Source of the DNA: Bryobacterales bacterium
GTDB taxonomy: Bacteria; Acidobacteriota; Terriglobia; Bryobacterales; Bryobacteraceae
NCBI GenBank assembly: GCA_003162425.1
Contig: PMOK01000168.1
Location: 997 to 64,996, forward strand
Length of the DNA: 64,000 nt
Direction of reading: 5' to 3'
The position numbers and the translations under genes were made by a program. Positions 1 to 7,429 of this stretch are shown one piece after another. The first letter of the stretch is position 1. Each line of letters begins with the position of its first letter. The notes beneath the pieces were generated by a model, which was not told where the DNA came from, searched no databases, and saw nothing but the letters and a program-made list of their open reading frames with translations.

Positions 1-2
1 TC

Positions 3-119
3 CGGGGAACGCGTCGTCTCTGCGAACTCTTGTTCCGTTCCGAAACTTGCAACACTGCCACCTGGAAGGACATCGAATTGGGATCGCATTGGGATGGCTT
101 TGGTAAGCGCGGGGCATGA
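3..119 (+). CDS. 3' end of an unidentified gene, open to the window edge
   Basis: Frame 3 is open from the first base (..TWKDIELGSHWDGFGKRGA*). Its TGA overlaps the ATG at 116 (ATGA). Confidence 0.25.
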   Translation, partial: RGTRRLCELLFRSETCNTATWKDIELGSHWDGFGKRGA

Positions 120-508
120 ACCTGAGCGAGGCCGGAGTGAAAAACACCATGGAAGCAGGCCTGGGCGTCATCTGGGGCGAAGATCCGCGATATTCTCGTG
201 ATGCAGGTGCTCCCTTCAAGAATCGATTGGCCCACGTGATTAAGATGGCCATTCTTGCGCGGAATCGCGATGGCGACCTGATGCCGGCCTATGCTCGCTT
301 CATTGCGATTCCCAGCAGCAGAGCGCTCGCGAGCACCTGGCGGCCCGTGAGTGAGCGCTCTTTAGGGAATGTGGGTGCGCGCATAGGGCTGGGAGTGTTG
401 GCCCGGATGGGAACCCACGCGTTCGCCGAGTTCTGGCCGGAGGTCCGCCAGCGCATCTTCCGAGAAAAGCACGTCTCAGCAAGCTTCGCCAGCTTGCAGC
501 CACACTGA
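116..508 (+). CDS. hypothetical protein
   Basis: 130-aa track ORF with no motif I recognise. ATGA overlap with the upstream open frame suggests an operon, or one frameshifted gene. Confidence 0.35.
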   Translation: MNLSEAGVKNTMEAGLGVIWGEDPRYSRDAGAPFKNRLAHVIKMAILARNRDGDLMPAYARFIAIPSSRALASTWRPVSERSLGNVGARIGLGVLARMGTHAFAEFWPEVRQRIFREKHVSASFASLQPH

Positions 509-705
509 GGCGACGCTTTCGCAAGTCGTGCACAGAGCGCAGTTATCGTTAAGATAGATGACAGACCTGGAGTTGGTATGGGTCGTGCACTGCCTATGGC
601 GTGCGCGACTCACAGCAGAAAGCCCATCGTGCTGCCGCAGAACGTCATGGAAAAGAAGATCACTTGACCGGACATCAACGCTCCAAACAGGGGATTTACG
701 AAAAA

Positions 706-1029
706 ATGCCCGCTGCTCAAGTCGTACGCGTTGACGCGCCTGCCTATTTCGAGACGCCCAGCCTTGCACCCGTCGCTCAGGAAACGATTCGGGACTTAGT
801 TCACGAGTTGCGCCAGCCGCTCAGTTCGATTGAAGCCATCGCATATTTCCTGGAGATGACGTTACCCGCCGATCAAATTCAAGCGCGTCAATATATGCAT
901 AGACTTCAGCAGTTGGTGGACCAAGCGGCGTCTATCCTGGATCGGACGGGCTCGCTTGTCCGAAAACAGCCAGTTTCACCTCGCGCTGTTCTAGAGCGCA
1001 TCAACGCTGAACTAGCAATTTCACGATGA
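706..1029 (+). CDS. stand-alone HisKA-like (dimerisation/phosphoacceptor) domain protein
   Basis: H-box-like VHELRQPLSSIEA followed by a helical segment. There is no HATPase_c domain before the stop. ATG at 706 follows AGGGGA; the track ORF starts at GTG 601. Confidence 0.5.
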   Translation: MPAAQVVRVDAPAYFETPSLAPVAQETIRDLVHELRQPLSSIEAIAYFLEMTLPADQIQARQYMHRLQQLVDQAASILDRTGSLVRKQPVSPRAVLERINAELAISR

Positions 1030-1074
1030 CGGCTTCGGAATCGTCTCCGGATGCGGCGTGGAAGCTTGCGATAG

Positions 1075-1500
1075 CTATTCTTGTCTTCTCAGTTTGCGGC
1101 GTATCCGGTTGGTGCTACCAAAGCCAGCCTCCTGAAATGGCTGGGTGAACCCCGTAGTCACCTCCCAGAAGCGCTGCTCCCGCGCAAATAATTCGCGAAC
1201 CTTCTCCAAATCGGTCTCGTGCCTGTGGAAGTTTTTCTCCAGAGCCGCGTCACCAGAGAGACCACAGCAGGCCAACACTAGCGCCGCGCGCAGCTTGCTC
1301 ATCGCGACGTTCAAGCTGCGTTCGAAATCCACATAGGTGTCGTCTGTCCAGAGCTTCTCCCGAAGCTCCTCGCGGCTCACCACAGTGCCCGGACGCTCCA
1401 GCAGTTTGGCGAGAAGCTGAAACGGCTTCTCCTGAAGTTTGAGCCGGATTCCGTGACGGCGCAGCTCGGCCTCCGCCATATTGATTTCGAAAGGCCCACA
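1075..1500 (-). pseudogene. OmpR/CadC-type winged-helix regulator fragment fused in frame to an IS91 remnant
   Basis: GPFEINMAEAELRRHGIRLKLQEKPFQLLAKLLERPGTVVSREELREKLWTDDTYVDFERSLNVAMSKLRAAL matches the trans_reg_C pattern. It has no start of its own: the reading frame continues upstream into transposase sequence (track ORF 1075..1935). Confidence 0.6.
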
Positions 1501-2035
1501 GGTAGGATGCGAGGCCGGTCCGCAACTCCGCCCTTTGCGGCAGCGGTTGGCGAGCCAGCCGAAGTGCCGGATCTTTACAAACCCGGGCGGCAGGACATGT
1601 TGCAGGAAGCGGCGTAGAAACTCTACGGCGCCGATCGTCATGACGTTGATCTGATCATTCCGGTAGTTCCGCCAGCGGAAGCTCACTTGGCCGTCTTTGA
1701 GCGAGATGAGCCGCGAGTTCGAGATGGCGACGCGGTGCGTGTAGCGGGACAGATATTTCAAAACCTGCTGAGGCCCGCCAAAGGGAGGCTTGGAATAGAC
1801 CACCCATTCTGATTTTTTCAAACCGTTTGGCAAAGCGTTGAAATGCGCTGGGCTCTTCCAGGGGTGCGCAGTTGCCGAAAAAGGAGAGTTTGCCTTGCTC
1901 GTGGGCTTCTCGAAGGAACGCGAGAAACTTGCCACGGAACAGACGGCTCAAGACACGCACGGGAAGAAAGAAGTTGTTCCGGCATGAGATCCAGCGCAAG
2001 CCGTCGAGCGAGATCGAGCGAGGACAAACAGCCAC
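1501..2035 (-). mobile_element. IS91-family transposase, C-terminal half only, frameshifted
   Basis: YLSRYTHRVAISNSRLISLKDGQVSFRWRNY..FLRRFLQHVLPPGFVKIRHFGWLANRCR lies in one frame. FFLPVRVLSRLFRGKFLAFLREAHEQGKL lies in a second frame (ORF 1655..2035). The N-terminal HUH half is absent. Confidence 0.6.
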
Positions 2036-2236
2036 GTGATCTGAACGCCGAGAGACATAACCACCTGCCGTAACTAGATATGCGCTGGTTTAAATCCTTT
2101 CGCCGGGAGCGTCGCTACGCTCCAATCGTTTTATTTATTGTAGAGCGCTTTTATTAATATATGGACTTCGCCTTTGCTCTTCCGATGACGATGCGGCTTA
2201 GGGCGCCGACCATGCCTGGCGAAACCTGTCGATCGA

Positions 2237-3118
2237 ATGGCCGCTGACGTGCTCTCGACTTCCCGGAGGAACTCCTCAATGGCCCTTGCAACGTCTGCTG
2301 ATCGCGTCGAATTCGAACGCTCCTGGCCCGGAGGGGAAGCCCATTCGTCGGGCGTATCCTGGGGCGCAGTGATCGGTGGGTCCTTCGTCACCGCCGCCTT
2401 CTCCCTGATCCTTCTGGCACTGGGTGCCGGGTTTGGATTATCAGCAGTGTCGCCCTGGTCGAATGTCGGCGCACCCGCCTCGACGGTCGGCACGGCGGCC
2501 ATCATCTGGCTGATTGTTATCGAGATCGTCGCCTCATCATTGGGCGGCTATCTCACCGGCCGGCTGCGCACGAAATGGGCGCTGATCCATACTGACGAGG
2601 TCTATTTTCGGGACACGGCCAATGGATTCCTGGCCTGGGCGGTCGCCCTCGTCATCAGCGTGAGTTTTCTGGCCTCAGCAGCCGCGTCGATGGCCGGTCA
2701 TATCGCCCAAGCTGGTGCCGCCGCGGAAACCGCGGGGAGCGTGAGCGCGGCAACGGACCCCAACGCATATTTTGTCGATAGCTTGCTCCGTCGCATCGGT
2801 CCTGAAACTAACAGTGCCGCATTACACGCCGAAGCGGGGCGTATTCTGGCCAACGCCCTCAGGCAGGATCAGATCCCCTCCGCGGACCAAAATTACTTGG
2901 CCCGGCTCGTCGCCGCCAGGACCGGAATCAGTCAGCAGGAAGCGGAAAAGCGGGTGTCAGATGTCATCACGAGTGCCCGGCAAGCTGCGGATACGGTGCG
3001 CAAAGCGACCGCTCATCTGCTGCTGTGGGTGTTTCTCGCTTTGTTGATCGGGGCGTTCAGCGCGAGCTTTGCCGCGACGGTCGGCGGACGGCAGCGCGAT
3101 CATGTGAAAGCCGTTTAA
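2237..3118 (+). CDS. integral membrane protein, unknown function
   Basis: 293-aa ORF with several hydrophobic helices (FVTAAFSLILLALGAGFGL, AAIIWLIVIEIVASSLGGYL, FLAWAVALVISVSFLA, LLLWVFLALLIGAF). Confidence 0.65.
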   Translation: MAADVLSTSRRNSSMALATSADRVEFERSWPGGEAHSSGVSWGAVIGGSFVTAAFSLILLALGAGFGLSAVSPWSNVGAPASTVGTAAIIWLIVIEIVASSLGGYLTGRLRTKWALIHTDEVYFRDTANGFLAWAVALVISVSFLASAAASMAGHIAQAGAAAETAGSVSAATDPNAYFVDSLLRRIGPETNSAALHAEAGRILANALRQDQIPSADQNYLARLVAARTGISQQEAEKRVSDVITSARQAADTVRKATAHLLLWVFLALLIGAFSASFAATVGGRQRDHVKAV

Positions 3119-3142
3119 GCAAAAAGGAAGGAGACTAGAAAC

Positions 3143-3223
3143 ATGCGTTCGGTTTTACTTTTATTCTTAGGTGTGCCGATCCCCATCATTGTTTTGCTCG
3201 CATTGTTCACTCATCACTTTTGA
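3143..3223 (+). CDS. 26-aa hydrophobic micro-protein (below the ORF-track cutoff)
   Basis: ATG at 3143 preceded by AAGGAAGGAG. Encodes MRSVLLLFLGVPIPIIVLLALFTHHF*, 25 nt after the stop of the membrane-protein gene. Confidence 0.45.
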   Translation: MRSVLLLFLGVPIPIIVLLALFTHHF

Positions 3224-3837
3224 GGGTCATCCGATGCGAGCCGCTTCGGACCGTGTGTAGATGTCCGGTAAACCATAGCACAATTGTTCGGGGGCGCTCG
3301 GGCGGAATGGCCCGAACTCGTAAACTCGGCGGGCGCAATGTGACGATGACCGAACTGTGAAACGCGGCACTCGCAGCTTGAGACCCATTTGCAGTCACTC
3401 AACGAGGCGAACCTTAACCGACCTCACCGTTGGCTTGAGTTTGCACTATGGCCGGACACTTCGCTTCTGGAGATGCTGCAAACCTTTTACCAACATACGA
3501 TAGAGTCGAGTACTCGGTCCATGCGCTATTTCTCTGAAGGTGGCTTCCAACTTAGGCCGCCGACGAATTCCAGGCCGTCGCCCCGGGGTTTGGTTTTGAT
3601 TTTGAAACCACATCGGACCAGATAGATTCCGCCATACCTGAAAAACGCATACTGGGCGCCTCAGTATGGTTCGTTGCAGCGGAAAAGGAGTGGCGCGGAA
3701 GGGATCGTCGCAAATTCTCCTTAACGATGAAATAGTTCCCCGGCTTACCGGTCGGTCGTGCGGAGAGTTTCCCTGTAAAGGGCGAACTTTGCCTTCCCGC
3801 CGCTTCCTCCCGAGCGCATTGGTGATCGGCGCGCCCA

Positions 3838-4128
3838 TCAGCTGGCTTCTCCACGTTTATGACCCAGCGCCAGCGCCGCCTGCCAGACTTTCGGCGCTTT
3901 CTTCAAATCAAAATTCTTGTTCCAGTCGCTGCCTCGCAGACCGGCGCGACGACGCGCCTTGGCCGGCTTCGCCGGGCGCGGAGTTTTGTGCTGGTCGGCC
4001 ACGGCGCACTCCTTCACCGGCAAATACCGTTCGCCATAGCGCACCGCTAGCGACCCGTCCAGCCGCTGCTCCACCCGCACGTTGGCTCTGCGTAATCCGC
4101 AGTGACGACCCCGAAAGGGTCGTGCCAT
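3838..4128 (-). pseudogene. transposase C-terminal remnant (rve-type, ISNCY/IS481-like tail)
   Basis: VRVEQRLDGSLAVRYGERYL followed by a basic tail resembles the C-terminal tails of DDE transposases. The upstream part is missing, replaced by an inverted-repeat element at 4132. Confidence 0.4.
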
Positions 4129-4131
4129 GCT

Positions 4132-4412
4132 GTTAACTACAGGGTGGGCCTGTTCGTTCGGGTCCCCAGACGAATCGAGTGGCCCACCGGCTAGTTAACA
4201 CGAAGACCTGCGAAGCTTTGACGCGCTTGGAAGCGGTCGCCTGCGATCAGAGGATTACCGCGTGCATTGATTCCAGAGGAGTTGATCAGTCTCGATTGGT
4301 GCCGAAAGCCGAGCCACCGAGCGCGGAAATGACGGCCGAATCGTGTTAACTAGCGAATTGAATCTGTCAATCGTTCGGGGACCCGAATGAACAGGCCCAC
4401 CCTGTAGTTAAC
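4132..4412. repeat. MITE-like element bounded by 36-bp terminal inverted repeats
   Basis: 4132-4167 GTTAACTACAGGGTGGGCCTGTTCGTTCGGGTCCCC versus the reverse complement of 4377-4412: 1 mismatch. A nested inner pair CTAGTTAACAC / GTGTTAACTAG sits at about 4190 and 4343. No ORF lies inside. Confidence 0.6.
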
Positions 4413-4632
4413 AGGCCTGCGCCTCTTCGAGCGGAGTGTCTAGCAGCCTGTGGCAGAAACCCCTCTCCGTGAAACGTTAGATCTGCTATCGGGAAATGAC
4501 GCCGCGCCGGAGTCCTCCGACACCGCAACGAATCTGAGAACGCCCCGTTATTTTCGATAGAGCCATCAAACGCGCGACCCGTAATGTGCGCGGTCCGCGC
4601 GCCGCAAGCCCTAGGATCCTCGGTGAACACCC

Positions 4633-4670
4633 AAAACCGGCCATACATGATCACCTGAAAACCGGCCATA
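4633..4670. repeat. direct repeats AAAACCGGCCATA x2 next to a transposase HTH fragment
   Basis: 4633-4645 and 4658-4670 are identical 13-mers in the context CACC(C/T)(A/G)AAAACCGGCCATA. A third AAAACCGGCCAT lies at 4905-4916. Confidence 0.5.
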
Positions 4671-4719
4671 GATAAGCAGCACTCAGGACATTGATTTCGA
4701 AGCGGGGGCGATACCCTCC

Positions 4720-4959
4720 GTGATTGTGAGCAATGTCTTGAACGACGAAAAGAAACAGCAGGTCATAGCGTTGGGGCGGCTGGGATGGTCGCTGCGACGA
4801 ATTCAACGAAGCATCGGTGTGCGCCGCGAGACGGCCTCCGGCTACTTGAAAGAGGCCGGAATCGTACTGCGGCCACCCGGCAACTGGGGGCGGGTTGCGC
4901 CGGCAAAACCGGCCATCGAGGTGATCACCGACTCCGGCGGCGGGAAACCGCTCGCGTGA
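4720..4959 (+). pseudogene. N-terminal HTH fragment of an IS21/IstA-like transposase
   Basis: QQVIALGRLGWSLRRIQRSIGVRRETASGYLKEAGIVLRPPGNWGR..AKPAIEVITD matches my recollection of IstA-type N-termini. It stops after 79 aa and no catalytic domain follows. Confidence 0.5.
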
Positions 4960-5043
4960 GTGGCCGACCATCCGGGAGTTTACCCATATTTTGATCCGCA
5001 CAAAAGCATCTATCGGGTTTGTGTAGACTAACTGAGAGGTTTT

Positions 5044-5577
5044 ATGGACATTCGCTGTGTGGTAACGGGACAAGACACATCCGGCAAATCGGTATTTGTC
5101 CGCGATGCGCCGGTCGCGCCGGTAACGCTCGCGCTTCTTCCGGGTTTTGAGTTTCACCGATTGTGGGGGAGCGAATCGGCCGTTCAGCTCCCGTCCAGTG
5201 GGACAGCGCCGCCACATTCTGGCTATTTCCCGCCAAAGAGCGGATTCCGTTTTGGGTTTTTCACTATACCACCTGAAGCAGAGTCGGGACTCGCGCCGGC
5301 TGATCTGGCTGCTGCGTTCGGCGAACTACGGGAGAAATTGCCCGGCATGGCCGAAGTGTTGGAGCCGGAGAATCCGGGCATGCATACCACGGATACGGTG
5401 GACTTCGATGTGGTTATGTCGGGCGAGGTTTATCTCGAACTCGATGACGGCTCCGAGGTTCTGCTCAAGGCGGGAGACTGCGTGGTGCAGAACGGAACGC
5501 GCCACGCCTGGCGCAACCGGTCGCCGGCGAACTGCGTCATCGCCGTTGCACTAGCGGGCGCGGAACGTGGCAGGTAA
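5044..5577 (+). CDS. cupin domain protein
   Basis: C-terminal beta-barrel pattern VDFDVVMSGEVYLELDDGSEVLLKAGDCVVQNGTRHAWRN is typical of cupin_2. Confidence 0.75.
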   Translation: MDIRCVVTGQDTSGKSVFVRDAPVAPVTLALLPGFEFHRLWGSESAVQLPSSGTAPPHSGYFPPKSGFRFGFFTIPPEAESGLAPADLAAAFGELREKLPGMAEVLEPENPGMHTTDTVDFDVVMSGEVYLELDDGSEVLLKAGDCVVQNGTRHAWRNRSPANCVIAVALAGAERGR

Positions 5578-5764
5578 GATCAACCTCAGAGAATTCGGCG
5601 GCCTCATAGCCATTCTTGGCGCGATAAAACCGGGTAATGGAAGCGTGGGCGACAACACACTCGGAATCGGGCAACCGGATCCGCGGCTCGCGCGTTTACT
5701 CGGACAGTGAGCAGCGCTCCGCACGGGCATGGCGTAAGATCGTCAACAGCCCCAGCCGGTCCAA

Positions 5765-6556
5765 ATGATACGAAGGCACTGGATTGAAATCTCGGACGAA
5801 CCATGGTGTCCGCAAGGGATTCGAAACGCGGTCACCGATTACTGCCGCTTTGTCACCGAGCTGAGCGGAATCTACCACGCAATCGCACCGCTTTTGATTG
5901 ACGCTCTCGATCGGACCGGCGGCCGGTTTGTGCTCGACCTTGGGTCTGGAGGTGGTGGGCCGTGGCTCCAGCTACAACCGCTTCTCCACAAAATGGGCAT
6001 GGAGGTGACCGTCTGTTTGAGCGACCACAATCCGGACGTAGTCGCGTTCGAGCGAGCACGCCGCCTTTCGCGGCACGCCATTGTGTATCACGCCGAGTCG
6101 GTGGACGCTACCCACGTGCCGAGCGGGTTGCCCGGCTTCCGGACGATGTTCTCGGCTTTCCACCATCTCGATCTCGGCCAAGCCCGCGCCGCGCTGGCGG
6201 ACGCAGTGGCGCACGGCGAAGGCATCGCGGTATTTGAAATGGGCGGTCGTAGTGTTCTGATGCTCCTTGCTGTGCTACCCGTCCCCGTGCGAGTGCTGCT
6301 CAGCGTCCCTTTCATTCGGCCATTCCGTTGGTCGACTCTGCTGTGGACTTACCTGGTCCCCGTCCTGCCCATAGTTTTGCTGCTTGATTCGATCGTCTCG
6401 GTTCTGAGAATGTACGATGCTGAGGAGTTGCGCGGCTTGACCACAGGATTGGACAACTACCGCTGGTCCATCGGCACGGTGGGCGGCAAGCCTATACCGG
6501 TTCCCATCCTTTACCTAGTGGGAGTTCCGGCAAAGTCCCACTTTGCGAGTGAGTGA
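5765..6556 (+). CDS. class I SAM-dependent methyltransferase with a hydrophobic C-terminal segment
   Basis: Motif I VLDLGSGGGGPW and a post-I acidic residue (LSDHN). C-terminal helices LMLLAVLPVPVRVLL and LLWTYLVPVLPIVLLL. Confidence 0.65.
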   Translation: MIRRHWIEISDEPWCPQGIRNAVTDYCRFVTELSGIYHAIAPLLIDALDRTGGRFVLDLGSGGGGPWLQLQPLLHKMGMEVTVCLSDHNPDVVAFERARRLSRHAIVYHAESVDATHVPSGLPGFRTMFSAFHHLDLGQARAALADAVAHGEGIAVFEMGGRSVLMLLAVLPVPVRVLLSVPFIRPFRWSTLLWTYLVPVLPIVLLLDSIVSVLRMYDAEELRGLTTGLDNYRWSIGTVGGKPIPVPILYLVGVPAKSHFASE

Positions 6557-6709
6557 AATCCTGGCAAGCGCCAGTTACGAGAACCCGCAGAGAAGTCCCT
6601 CCCTAATTCATTCGGGCGTATGGTCGTTCCGCAGAAGTGACTCCATCTGTCTCCGGATTGCTCCCGGATCACCGTGGCCGGAAGTAATTCCACTTTTACG
6701 TGTAACAGC

Positions 6710-6764
6710 CTATGCGCGGAAGTGCGCTTGCCCCAGATGGCTTCCGATAATGGCTAATAACAGG
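6710..6764 (+). promoter_or_regulatory. recurrent intergenic motif, copy A
   Basis: CTATGCGCGGAAGTGCG-N17-CCGATAATG-N5-TAACAGG, about 75 nt upstream of the ATG at 6840. Same blocks and spacing (1 nt off) as copy B at 10206. Confidence 0.4.
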
Positions 6765-6839
6765 ACCGCGTTTTTCGGTGCCCGTTAGTGACCCCTACCC
6801 CAATTTCTCCTTCAATAGACACCGTGGAGCAGCACTACA

Positions 6840-7238
6840 ATGGATTCAGAAATGGCCGCAGGCGACTGGCAAAGAGTATGGTTTCCGGAAATGATTGAGC
6901 GGCTGCGCTCCCGTTGGCATTTGGGCATGTCCTTCGACGCAATCATCGAGTTGCGCGACGACCTCGACGGAATGCTCCAACGGATTCGATCCGAGCGACA
7001 CATCCATTCCCCAGTTTTTCGATGTCCGCACTGTGGGCATGTTGGCGAGGGCGCGGATCCTCACGTCAGTGTTCGCGCGATGCTATTGTCCCTTACTCGA
7101 TTCGGTATCGCGCCGGCCGGGCAGATATCCGCTCTTGAGAGAGGTTGGGCGGCCCACCGGAAGGAGAAGGGGCTTGATCTTTATGGCAGAAGCATGACCT
7201 CGTCACCCGCCCAAGTGGCCCGCTGCGTCCATCCATAA
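6840..7238 (+). CDS. hypothetical protein with a CxxC element (FRCPHCGH)
   Basis: 132-aa ORF of plausible composition, downstream of motif copy A. Confidence 0.45.
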   Translation: MDSEMAAGDWQRVWFPEMIERLRSRWHLGMSFDAIIELRDDLDGMLQRIRSERHIHSPVFRCPHCGHVGEGADPHVSVRAMLLSLTRFGIAPAGQISALERGWAAHRKEKGLDLYGRSMTSSPAQVARCVHP

Positions 7239-7429
7239 GTCCGAGATGCCGACTACACGTCCAAGTGAAACTTCCCCAACCGGACTTCTGCGGAGTGTCT
7301 AGCGACAGATCACTAGAGACGATGTTATATCGTCATATCGGCAAGTCTGTGAACCTGGCTTTGCAAGCATCTTTAACTTGCCAGGGCTAGCAATGAATCC
7401 GCCGGGAAGCGGCTTACTGCTGACGCCGT

